A stretch of 25,886 nt of DNA from a virus (Duplodnaviria; Caudoviricetes), in IMG/VR virus record IMGVR_UViG_3300033067_000375, positions 1-25,886 of that record, one strand, 5' to 3'. This document shows, piece by piece, positions 17,552 through 25,644 of the stretch. Each line of letters starts with the position of its first letter. Within the stretch, counting starts at the first letter, position 1. A program made the position numbers and the translations under genes. The notes under the pieces are model-generated. The model made no database searches and was not told where the DNA came from. It saw only the letters and a program-made list of their open reading frames with translations.

Positions 17552-19161
17552 CAAACGTTGATCCGCCCGACTGGGCGGTCACCGTCTATCGGGGTGCCCG
17601 TAGCCAACCCATCGCGACCCCCACCCCGAACGGGCCGTCGCAATCACAGATGGACGTGTTCGTCAATTGGCGTCAGAACCTGGCCGGTAAAGATGGGTTA
17701 GCGGCGGGTGATGTCCCGGTGGCGGGTTCGGCGGTGTCGGGCACGGTGCAGACCAATAACATTGGTATCGCCCCGGCCACATCGGTGGCGATCAAAGACA
17801 CCAACATGGTGGTTTCGCAGGACTTCCCGAACGCCTCCACAGTTGTTTCGGTGGGTTCCTGGTCGTGGGACGGCACCGACGGACGTTTAACCAAAGGGTG
17901 TGCCCGTGTTGACTGCAACGGCACCCAAGATGATTTGTTGTCGAATGAGATTCCGGTCGTCGTCGGCGAGAACGTGTCGGTGACATGTTGGGTGAAGTGG
18001 GCGGACCTGTCCTACACCGGGACGGATCCGATTGTGTTGGGTGTCGAAAAGTACCGCAAGGGCCGCGACCCCGACACCGGTGGCACCGTCTACATGGACG
18101 TTGGCGGCGCCGATGTAGAGACACTCGAATCGCCTGCCGCTTCCAGCAGCGTGTGGGTGAAACTGACCGGCACCTACACGGTGCCCGCCCGCGTTGACCA
18201 GTTGCGGTTCAGGTTCCGGGCCGCCCCCACCATCACCGCTGGTTACGTCAAATGGGATGAGGCTGTTTTCCAAAAGAACGACCTGATCCCCGACGAGGCG
18301 GTGCCCGGAATCGGTTCCTCTATCGACAATGTCGTCAACAACCTGCAGGGGCAGCCGGGGACGGGTTACACCCAATCAGATGCGGCCGCCGCCTACCAGA
18401 ACACTGCGTCGGCATTGACCTCCGCGAACGCGAGAATCGCGGTCATCGACGCAACGGGCGGGACGGGTTCTGTGGCCGCCGACGACTTTTCGTGGACTGG
18501 TGAAATCATCGCCTCGGCGAACTGGGACGGGTACTACACCCTGACCTCGTCGCTGGGAACCTATAACGCTAACGGCAACGACGCGGTGTGGACGGAACCG
18601 GCCAGCCTGTCCAACGTTCAACAGGTGGCGGTGTTCAGTTGGGAATCCTCCGGCGCGACCAGTAGCACCGACTACCAGAAGATCAACATTATCCTCAACG
18701 GTGCCATCGGCAACGGAGCCTCGGCCGGTGTTTACGGAAGTGTGTACCTGATCGGTCGAATGTCGTCCGACCGCAACACCTATGTGCGTTTGCAGATCAA
18801 CGGTGACGGCACAGCCGGGGTGTACAAGATCATCAACGGAACGTCCACATTGATCGGGGCGACGGTGTCGACCGGAACTGTCGGAACGGGAACGTCCATC
18901 GATTTCCTCATCGGCAACAAAGACGCGACGGAACTTGGCCAGTTCCGGGCCTACCTGAACGGTCTGCTGATCCTCGACGTGACCGACGGCAGCCCCATAA
19001 CGGGGGCCACTTACCGAAAATGGGGGTGGGGTGGACATATGGCGTATCAACCGTCCTACCCCGTGCCCATCCCCTACACCTTAAACGGCTACTACTGGTA
19101 CGGGAACAATTGGGTCAATCCGCCGGCGGTCAATCAATGGATAGCGCAGGATCAACAGTGA
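17548..19161 (+). CDS. minor tail protein with carbohydrate-binding-like domain (candidate receptor-binding protein)
   Basis: ATG 17548 in ATGA overlap, 537 aa. WSWDGTDG...WVKW...WVKLTGTYTVP beta-sandwich-like segment and a second beta-rich C-terminal domain. Confidence 0.75.
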   Translation: MTNVDPPDWAVTVYRGARSQPIATPTPNGPSQSQMDVFVNWRQNLAGKDGLAAGDVPVAGSAVSGTVQTNNIGIAPATSVAIKDTNMVVSQDFPNASTVVSVGSWSWDGTDGRLTKGCARVDCNGTQDDLLSNEIPVVVGENVSVTCWVKWADLSYTGTDPIVLGVEKYRKGRDPDTGGTVYMDVGGADVETLESPAASSSVWVKLTGTYTVPARVDQLRFRFRAAPTITAGYVKWDEAVFQKNDLIPDEAVPGIGSSIDNVVNNLQGQPGTGYTQSDAAAAYQNTASALTSANARIAVIDATGGTGSVAADDFSWTGEIIASANWDGYYTLTSSLGTYNANGNDAVWTEPASLSNVQQVAVFSWESSGATSSTDYQKINIILNGAIGNGASAGVYGSVYLIGRMSSDRNTYVRLQINGDGTAGVYKIINGTSTLIGATVSTGTVGTGTSIDFLIGNKDATELGQFRAYLNGLLILDVTDGSPITGATYRKWGWGGHMAYQPSYPVPIPYTLNGYYWYGNNWVNPPAVNQWIAQDQQ

Positions 19162-19421
19162 CCAGTCCAACGCTCGGGGAACGTATTCAGGCCCGCCGCG
19201 ATGTCATGCACCAGATTGCTGATGTAGCGCGGTCGGCTGCGCAGGATCGGGCTAAGGATTACACCGACCGAATCCGCACCGCCGTAGTCGAATACGTTGA
19301 CGGCCGGATGGACACCGCCCGCACCTACGTTGATACGCAAGTCACGGCGGCGAAGGCGACAGCGAAAACGTATGTCGATAACCAGATCGCGAAACTCAAA
19401 GCCGATAACGGGTTGAAGTGA
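19158..19421 (+). CDS. small coiled-coil protein with four Y(T/V)D repeats
   Basis: GTG start in GTGA overlap, 87 aa. AKDYTD / VVEYVD / ARTYVD / AKTYVD. Confidence 0.7.
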   Translation: MTSPTLGERIQARRDVMHQIADVARSAAQDRAKDYTDRIRTAVVEYVDGRMDTARTYVDTQVTAAKATAKTYVDNQIAKLKADNGLK

Positions 19422-20227
19422 CGCAACCGGGGTATGTGTCGCCGCCGTCACCGGGCTGGTGGGTTCGCACCGACAGGGTCGGCACCAGCGAAACCGGATT
19501 CGACTGGGAAACGTCGATGGCGGGATACCCGCCGAAACAGGAATACTGGCGTTCGTTGCGGATCGCGAACCCGAAGGTTGGGCCGCAGGCGATGCGCAAC
19601 AAGTTCCGGCGTAAGCCGCGAGCTGTTCCGCTGGGGCGGCCTCTCAACAGCGCAGTCGGCACCATCGTCACCGGGCAGGGAACCAGAACCGGGAATTTCA
19701 CCGCCCCGCTCGGAGCCGATGTGTTCCTGGCAGTCAACTCTCAGTATGACGGCACCGCAATAACACTGTCGGCCACCTACAACGGCAACGCGATGACCTC
19801 CGTTGGGATGTGTTACGACAACAACATCAGCACCAGAGGCGTTGTCCAAATGTTCTACGCGCCGACCGCCGGCACCGGAGCATCACAGCCCTGGACTGTC
19901 ACCGTCAGCTACTCGGCGGGATACACCATCGTCGTTCCGCTCGCCTACAGCAAGGTGTCCACAGTATTCCCTGCCCAAACTCAGGGCAGCACCGGAACCA
20001 GCTTCACCCAACCCACAACCCTCAGCGGCGGTTCAACGTTTGTTGAACTCATCGGCTGCCAGGGATACGCCGGGATCAGCAGTTCCACGGGCGGCACCCT
20101 ACTGGCAAGTAGGGACTTCGGTAGTGGCGGCAGCCTTGTGGTACGCGAATCCATAACAGATACCACGTTTACAGCCGCGTTCACCGCAAATAACTCGTTC
20201 GCCGGAGTCGGCGTCCCACTAGGTTAA
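19418..20227 (+). CDS. putative minor tail protein
   Basis: 269 aa, GTGA coupling. Basic N-terminal segment followed by a Ser/Thr/Gly-rich beta domain. Confidence 0.6.
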   Translation: MTQPGYVSPPSPGWWVRTDRVGTSETGFDWETSMAGYPPKQEYWRSLRIANPKVGPQAMRNKFRRKPRAVPLGRPLNSAVGTIVTGQGTRTGNFTAPLGADVFLAVNSQYDGTAITLSATYNGNAMTSVGMCYDNNISTRGVVQMFYAPTAGTGASQPWTVTVSYSAGYTIVVPLAYSKVSTVFPAQTQGSTGTSFTQPTTLSGGSTFVELIGCQGYAGISSSTGGTLLASRDFGSGGSLVVRESITDTTFTAAFTANNSFAGVGVPLG

Positions 20228-20255
20228 GCCGCTAAAGCCATAGGAGAAACCAGAT

Positions 20256-20418
20256 TTGGAAACGCAAGCCCGCATCTGCACAGCCATCGACTGTGCAGAT
20301 GAGCTGTACGCGCGGGGCCTGTGCCACAAGCACTGTGCGCCTCTACCGGCGTGCAATGCGTGTCGCACGCATAATGGGGGTCACTAGTCAGGAGGTCGCT
20401 GATGCCAGTCACGGTTGA
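20256..20418 (+). pseudogene. small Zn-finger gene (Cx4C...ARGLCxxH), apparently frameshifted
   Basis: SD AGGAG at 20242-20246 and TTG at 20256. METQARICTAIDCADELYARGLCHKH, then the frame stops at 20387; an alternative frame continues VRLYRRAMRV... to TGA 20418. Confidence 0.5.
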
Positions 20419-20584
20419 GCACGTCTCACGCGATGAGCTGCGCAGACGGTTGGAAGCGGCGCTGAACCAGGTCGGGCTCACGCTGGAAGAATTGACCGAT
20501 CTCGCCTTCCGCTATCGGATGACCCCTGATGAGACAGTCGCCTGGGAAGAGGTAAAGCGGATCCAGTTCCTTCTCGGGGAATGA
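20402..20584 (+). CDS. small helical hypothetical protein (antitoxin-like)
   Basis: SD AGGAGG, 60 aa. GLTLEEL...WEEVKRIQFLLGE. Coupled by ATGA to the next ORF. Confidence 0.6.
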   Translation: MPVTVEHVSRDELRRRLEAALNQVGLTLEELTDLAFRYRMTPDETVAWEEVKRIQFLLGE

Positions 20585-20742
20585 CTGGCGCTTCGTTCGA
20601 CCTCGAGAGCGAAGTCCAGGATTTCGCGAACCAAGTACTTACGCGGGTCCTTATGTGTCTGGTGGGCGAGCCCCGTGAGGACACCTTGCGCATCGTGCGA
20701 CGTAGCCAGAAAATCAAGGAACTGCTCAAAACGGGCAGATAG
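20581..20742 (+). CDS. hypothetical 53-aa protein, possibly a truncated partner gene
   Basis: Not in the ORF track. MTGASFDLESEVQDFANQVLTRVLMCLVGEPREDTLRIVRRSQKIKELLKTGR. ATGA overlap with the upstream gene and fills the gap to the next SD. Confidence 0.5.
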   Translation: MTGASFDLESEVQDFANQVLTRVLMCLVGEPREDTLRIVRRSQKIKELLKTGR

Positions 20743-20759
20743 GAAAGGTAGCAGATTAA

Positions 20760-21350
20760 ATGTCGTTCCTCACGGGCACCAACACCGAACTCATCTACGC
20801 CAACACCACGGCGGGCACCGCGAAAGCATCGTTTACGTCGGAGGTGCAGATCAATGACACGACGGGCATGGGTGTGCAGTGCCATCTTCCGCCTGATTTC
20901 TGGGCGCCGACACCGACAGCGGTCGGGAAGGGCATCCGCATCGTCGCTCGCGGAATCCTCTCCAGCACGGGAACACCGACCTACACGTTCACGATTCGCA
21001 GTGGCGCCGCCGGGTCCACGTCGGCGGCTATCCTTCTCGGCTCAGCCGCGCTGACCACCGGTTCCGGTGTCACCAATCAGCCGTGGGAACTCCAAGGCGA
21101 CGTGTTCCTGGTGTCGCAGGGAGCGGCGGGCGCGAATTCGACGGCGCGGGGTACGGGCATGATCGTCAGCCCCGGCCTGGCGTCACCGTTCATGTACGGG
21201 GTTGGTGCGGGCGCATCACTCACCACACCCACGGTCGCAACGCTCGACTGCTCGGCCACCAACTACATCAACTTCAATGTGACGTGTTCGGCGTCGTCGG
21301 CCAGCAACACGATCACATTGCAGTCTTTGCAGGTGTACGGGCTCAACTAA
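20760..21350 (+). CDS. hypothetical beta-rich protein, likely virion structural
   Basis: 196 aa, SD AGGAAAGG. Thr/Ser/Gly/Ala-rich, located within the tail gene block. Confidence 0.6.
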   Translation: MSFLTGTNTELIYANTTAGTAKASFTSEVQINDTTGMGVQCHLPPDFWAPTPTAVGKGIRIVARGILSSTGTPTYTFTIRSGAAGSTSAAILLGSAALTTGSGVTNQPWELQGDVFLVSQGAAGANSTARGTGMIVSPGLASPFMYGVGAGASLTTPTVATLDCSATNYINFNVTCSASSASNTITLQSLQVYGLN

Positions 21351-21356
21351 ACCGTC

Positions 21357-21716
21357 ATGCCACTCAACAGCACCGGAATCGACATGCTGTGCGATGCGCT
21401 GCAAGCCACCCTGGCGTTCGCGCAAATCCATTCCGCAGCGGCAGGTTTAGACGGAACTGAGAACATCGCCGCACCAGCCCGCCAACCCCTCTACTGGGAG
21501 TTGGCATCCGGCGGCGTGTTCGGCCTCGCCTCGCAACTCCGATTCAGCGGCGGCACCGGTTCCAGCGCCGTCCATTCGGTGACGGTGTGGGACGCGGAAA
21601 CCGACGGCACCTGCTACGGCGAATTCCCGCTATCGGATGGCGACGACGCGTTCAGCCCGGACGGCGTGTACCTCGTCACCGCCATCGATTTCACCGGCAC
21701 CGCGTCGGATGCTTAA
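21357..21716 (+). CDS. putative minor tail/virion protein (paralog A)
   Basis: 119 aa. AQIHSAAAG...ARQP..W...TVWDA..GTCYGEF. Confidence 0.65.
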   Translation: MPLNSTGIDMLCDALQATLAFAQIHSAAAGLDGTENIAAPARQPLYWELASGGVFGLASQLRFSGGTGSSAVHSVTVWDAETDGTCYGEFPLSDGDDAFSPDGVYLVTAIDFTGTASDA

Positions 21717-21743
21717 CCAGCCCAACACTATAAGGGGGATGAT

Positions 21744-22112
21744 GTGCCCGGTTTGAATGATGCGGCGATGGCGGTAGCCGCCGCCGCACTCAAAGACGTG
21801 CTGCTGTACGCCCAACTACACAGCGCACCCGCGGGGACGGCGGGCACCGCGAACGTGAGCACAGCGGCCCGCCAACCCATCACGTGGGGGGCGACCACCG
21901 GCGCCGGCGACTTCGCCCTTGATGAGCAGTTAGATTTCACCGGCGGTGAACCCGATGGCGATGTGTACAGCCTGACCCTGTGGTCGGCATCGACCAGTGG
22001 AACGTTTTACGGCGAGTTCGTCATCGCCGGCACCCCGAATACCGCTAACCAGTTCAACTCGGGCGGCGACTACACCGTCAGCTCGTTGACTCTCGACGGG
22101 AGCGCAGCGTGA
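21744..22112 (+). CDS. putative minor tail/virion protein (paralog B)
   Basis: 122 aa, SD AAGGGGG. AQLHSAPAG...ARQPITW...TLWSA..GTFYGEF. Confidence 0.65.
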   Translation: MPGLNDAAMAVAAAALKDVLLYAQLHSAPAGTAGTANVSTAARQPITWGATTGAGDFALDEQLDFTGGEPDGDVYSLTLWSASTSGTFYGEFVIAGTPNTANQFNSGGDYTVSSLTLDGSAA

Positions 22113-22387
22113 CCATCGCCGAGTTGATTGCCCAAAAGTTGGCGGAAGGGTTGCCGCACCCCGGGAACCCGGCCGTCGGCGAGGAACCCTGCACCATCCG
22201 TCTACCGCTGTTCAAAATGCCGGGAATGCCTGCGGAGATGGCTCAACAGGTGGAGGAAACCGTGAAGATGCTGGGCGAGGCCATCGTCTACACCATCGAA
22301 TCTGCCGGCCACTCCACCATCATCGACACCGCCGAACTCGACCAACTCCGCGCCGACTTAGCCGCAGCAACCGAGGGGAAACAGTGA
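22109..22387 (+). CDS. hypothetical protein
   Basis: 92 aa, GTGA-coupled at both ends. Confidence 0.6.
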   Translation: MTIAELIAQKLAEGLPHPGNPAVGEEPCTIRLPLFKMPGMPAEMAQQVEETVKMLGEAIVYTIESAGHSTIIDTAELDQLRADLAAATEGKQ

Positions 22388-22650
22388 GTCAGGTACGTGT
22401 CACCATCGACGGATCGATTGTCCTCAACGACAATTTGGGGGATTGGCAGGCCCGCCCACCAGAGTTCCTGAAAAAGATTGTCGAACCAAACGCCCAACAC
22501 GACCCCTACATCAAGGCGGTCGGCATCACCCTGGCCGATGCGTTGCTGACTGGGCACGACGTGGCCATCGATGTCACCACCGATGACGACGATGGCTGGT
22601 CGATGTCGGTGTCGCAATCCTTGGCCATCGCCCTACCCGGGCCCGCATAA
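22384..22650 (+). CDS. hypothetical protein
   Basis: 88 aa, SD GAGGGG, GTGA overlap. Confidence 0.6.
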   Translation: MSQVRVTIDGSIVLNDNLGDWQARPPEFLKKIVEPNAQHDPYIKAVGITLADALLTGHDVAIDVTTDDDDGWSMSVSQSLAIALPGPA

Positions 22651-22737
22651 CACGCCGACCACCCGGCCGACGCGAAACCTCTCTGGCTTGGGAAGGGTCA
22701 GTGCCATGTTTCCACTCTACCAACCCGATGAATTGTG

Positions 22738-22851
22738 ATGGCCCGCATCTTGTGTGGTGTCGCGGCCGTCCTGTTCGGCGGGTGGGCGTTAGGAGTTGGG
22801 CTTGCCATGTGGATCGCGATGAGAGGTGGCGAGAGAATTTTGCACTGGTGA
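22738..22851 (+). CDS. small single-pass membrane protein upstream of lysin A
   Basis: Not in the ORF track. MARILCGVAAVLFGGWALGVGLAMWIAMRGGERILHW (37 aa) with one hydrophobic segment. Its stop abuts the HNH stop. Confidence 0.6.
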   Translation: MARILCGVAAVLFGGWALGVGLAMWIAMRGGERILHW

Positions 22852-23427
22852 CTACGGGATATGTCGCCACGTCTTTCGACTAATAATCATAGTAATATTT
22901 GAGCGGGAAACGCCAAAGGTCTGCGCTAATTCTCGTTGTAGCACATCGCCATTGGCGTATAGATTTCGAATCTTCGTGACGTCCTCAGCCGTTAACGTGG
23001 CGTCATTACGTCCTTTAGCCACCTTGTCTTGGTTGTTGTCATCCTTTGTGCCTACGAAAAGATGGTTGGGATTACAACAGGGAGGGTTATCGCAACGATG
23101 GCAGACGCACCATCCCTCTGGTATCGGTCCGATGAACAATTCGTAGGAGACCCGATGAGCGGGGAAACTGCTGTCAGTCATGCGAACAACTCCGTAGCCC
23201 GCTTGGTTACGACTTCCAGTCCATTCCCAACAATCCGTGCCGGGGGTTCCTGGCATGAAGTAATCGAATGTCTCGGACAAGCTCAGACCGATGGGGCGGT
23301 AGTGGCGAAGAGGGATATCGGCCTGGACGTCACCGGTCTTTTGGACGCGACTCCAGTGGGATCTGCACAATCCGTGCACCGAGTGTTTGCGCCCACACCC
23401 GGGCACCGAACACCTACGATCACTCAT
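22852..23427 (-). CDS. HNH homing endonuclease 1 (N-terminal Zn finger, HNH core, C-terminal HTH)
   Basis: CSVPGC...GLCRSH; CWEWTG...GYG...AHRVSY...HRCDNPPCCNPNHL; QRELAQTFGVSRSNI. SD GAGAGG. Confidence 0.92.
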   Translation of the reverse strand: MSDRRCSVPGCGRKHSVHGLCRSHWSRVQKTGDVQADIPLRHYRPIGLSLSETFDYFMPGTPGTDCWEWTGSRNQAGYGVVRMTDSSFPAHRVSYELFIGPIPEGWCVCHRCDNPPCCNPNHLFVGTKDDNNQDKVAKGRNDATLTAEDVTKIRNLYANGDVLQRELAQTFGVSRSNITMIISRKTWRHIP

Positions 23428-23498
23428 GTCGAACCTCTCATCCAGGTTTGGCCAAACCCCGGCCCGTGTCCAGCGGGTGCGGGGACTTCATTTTACCA
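23428..23498 (-). promoter_or_regulatory. extended -10 promoter plus two-hairpin leader of HNH1
   Basis: Minus strand: TGG-TAAAAT (hexamer at 23490-23495), then CCCCG CA CCCG CTGGACA CGGG C CGGGG, then AACCT..AGGTT over the SD. Confidence 0.6.
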
Positions 23499-23510
23499 AG
23501 CGGTGCCGAC

Positions 23511-25034
23511 GTGAACGCATCCGAAAATGGGTGGTCGCCGGCGAAAGCCAGACCCGACCAGTGCGTGTGGGTCACCGTCCCCGGCACCACTGTGTCGCTG
23601 CAATTACTGCAGGGGCAGCCCATGGCCATCATGCGGGCGTTCGCCGCCGACTTCAACGCCTACGTCGAACCCTTGCGGGACGCCGACTCTGCCGGGTGGA
23701 CGCCCACGAATTCGGTGGCGACGTCGAACCATTTGAACGGCACGGCGATGGATTTGAACTGGAATTCGCATCCGTTTCGGATTCTCAACGCGGGCTTTAC
23801 GTCGGGGCAGATCAACACCATCCGCGACATGCTCGACTTCTACGAGGACACCATCTGGTGGGGCAACGACTGGAACGAGCCCCGCGACGCCATGCACTTC
23901 CAGATGGGTTACGACAGTTTCGGCAATCCGCGCACCGCCGATTTCATGGCACGCAAAATCCGGGCTGACGGGTATTCCACGTTCCGGCGCGGCGGCAGCG
24001 CAGTAACCCCACCGGCAGCCCAAGCCACCGTCCTAGCAAGGGCGACCGGACTTGATAGCGACCGCGCTGAACAAATCATGCCGCAAGTGTTTGACGGTCT
24101 AGCGGCCAGTGGATGCACCACCGTGAACCGGATCGCCATGTGGCTGGCGCAAATCGGGCATGAATCGGACAACTTCAACGCCACCGAGGAATACGCCGAC
24201 GGCGATGAGTCCACCGATCGCTGGCGCTACAAAGGCCGCACGTGGATTCAGATCACCTGGAAAGCCAACTATGCCGGGTTCTCGCAGTGGTGCTTTGACC
24301 AAGGTTTGGTGCCCACCCGAACCTATTTCGTTGACAACCCCACCACCTTGGCCGATCAGCGGTGGGCGGGACTGGGACCGGCTTGGTATTGGACGGTGGC
24401 CCGTCCCCAAATCAACGGACTGTGCGATTCCGGTGACCTGCTCGCTGTCACTCGAGCGATCAATGGTGGCACCAACGGGTTGGACGATCGGCGCAACCGC
24501 TACAACCGTGCCCTGGCGGTCGGGGATGCGTTGCTTGTACTCACCACTACCAGCCCATCTGAAGAAGGGGAGGGATTCCTGATGGCCCTGACCGACGCGC
24601 AGCAGCAGGAGATTTACGACAAACTTTGCGGCGACCGTGTTAGCCGATCACCACTTCGGCATGTCGGCGAAGGCCCCATCGGCGACATTGAAGATTTGAC
24701 GAACAACATCGACGGTAGCGTGCATCTTCTGGTTATGCACCTGTTGGCGGTGGTGTTGCGATCGCCTGATGCGCTCGCACTTGTGCAGGAGGTGGCTGCT
24801 AACACCGCGCCGGATCGGCAGAACGACCGCAAGATCGCACAAGCATTCCTCAACGAGATCGTCATGATCGACGCGGCTAGGGGGCAGCAGTCATCACCTG
24901 ACGTCGCTAAAGCGGTCGTCGAATCCTGGACGCCACCAGTCGCACCCGGCCCGACGTCCGGCGAGGGCGTGTCATCGGCGGTATCCGCATTGAAAACCGC
25001 CCTCACCGACATCACCACCCAGCTCAGGAGTTAA
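23511..25034 (+). CDS. lysA: endolysin lysin A (M15-like peptidase + GH19 + C-terminal domain)
   Basis: GTG 23511, 507 aa. SENGW...SNHLNGTAMDLNW...DAMHFQ (Zn peptidase); AMWLAQIGHES...YKGRTWIQITWKANY...TRAINGGTNGLDDR (GH19); C-terminal SRSPLRH.GEG domain. Confidence 0.93.
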   Translation: MNASENGWSPAKARPDQCVWVTVPGTTVSLQLLQGQPMAIMRAFAADFNAYVEPLRDADSAGWTPTNSVATSNHLNGTAMDLNWNSHPFRILNAGFTSGQINTIRDMLDFYEDTIWWGNDWNEPRDAMHFQMGYDSFGNPRTADFMARKIRADGYSTFRRGGSAVTPPAAQATVLARATGLDSDRAEQIMPQVFDGLAASGCTTVNRIAMWLAQIGHESDNFNATEEYADGDESTDRWRYKGRTWIQITWKANYAGFSQWCFDQGLVPTRTYFVDNPTTLADQRWAGLGPAWYWTVARPQINGLCDSGDLLAVTRAINGGTNGLDDRRNRYNRALAVGDALLVLTTTSPSEEGEGFLMALTDAQQQEIYDKLCGDRVSRSPLRHVGEGPIGDIEDLTNNIDGSVHLLVMHLLAVVLRSPDALALVQEVAANTAPDRQNDRKIAQAFLNEIVMIDAARGQQSSPDVAKAVVESWTPPVAPGPTSGEGVSSAVSALKTALTDITTQLRS

Positions 25035-25047
25035 AACACACCGAAAG

Positions 25048-25644
25048 CTAGAGGAGGTGCTTCCAAGTTTCTCCGCGAACTATGAATCCGATAGTCCCTT
25101 GGGACACACCAAATTTCCGAGCAAGTACCCGTTGCGGCAGATCGCTTTGCCGAATCTCTAGCACGTCATCGTCGGTCAGTTTTGCCCCGCCAACACGGGC
25201 ACCAACAGCTTGTCGACCACGCGCAACCATCTCGGCGATGTTCTCGGCCAGACTTCCGGCGTGTAGATGTGCAGGCTGAACGCATACTCTGCGGTCACAC
25301 GAATGTAGAACGCATGGCTTTTCATCGGTAAGTGGGTCATGGCCGTTATAGATGCGGTGAGAAGCGACGTGCGAAAACGCTGGACGGCCACTAGTCCAAA
25401 ACTGTCCATACCCGGTCGTCGCTAGGTTCCCCGTCCAGTCCCAACAGCCTTTTTCTGGTGGATCGCCCCGCATATGCCATGCGAACGCCTCAGCTTCGGT
25501 AAGGCCCCATGGGGATAGTTTTCGGATAGGACCGCCATGGAGAACATCCCCATGCGTCTGCCACCTCCAAAAGTGGGCAGAACACCATCCCCGTCGTGCA
25601 TGTGGTCGTTCACAGCCAGAGATTGAGCACGTACGATGAGGCAT
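25048..25644 (-). CDS. HNH homing endonuclease 2 (same architecture as HNH1)
   Basis: Start placed at ATG 25644 (MPHRTCSISGC...RRGWCSAH) after AAGGTG. CWDWTG...GYG...HSCDRRVCVQPAHL; QRVLARKFGVSQGTI. 198 aa. Confidence 0.9.
   Translation of the reverse strand: MPHRTCSISGCERPHARRGWCSAHFWRWQTHGDVLHGGPIRKLSPWGLTEAEAFAWHMRGDPPEKGCWDWTGNLATTGYGQFWTSGRPAFSHVASHRIYNGHDPLTDEKPCVLHSCDRRVCVQPAHLHAGSLAENIAEMVARGRQAVGARVGGAKLTDDDVLEIRQSDLPQRVLARKFGVSQGTIGFIVRGETWKHLL

Noticed and set aside
1318-19050. Many long minus-strand and alternate-frame ORFs (e.g. 1318-2097, 3705-4517, 11623-12183, 9728-10654, 18376-19050)
   Set aside because: Shadow ORFs expected in high-GC coding DNA; they fully overlap well-supported genes and show no recognisable motifs.
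22651-22883. ORF 22701-22883 and a 10-codon ORF (MFPLYQPDEL) ending at the membrane gene start
   Set aside because: The former overlaps both the membrane gene and HNH1. The latter could be a frameshifted remnant or coupling leader, but is too short to support without homologues.
23268-23510. 81-aa N-terminal extension of lysin A in the ORF track
   Set aside because: It overlaps HNH1 and its leader on the opposite strand; lysin-like sequence begins at GTG 23511 (SENGW motif).
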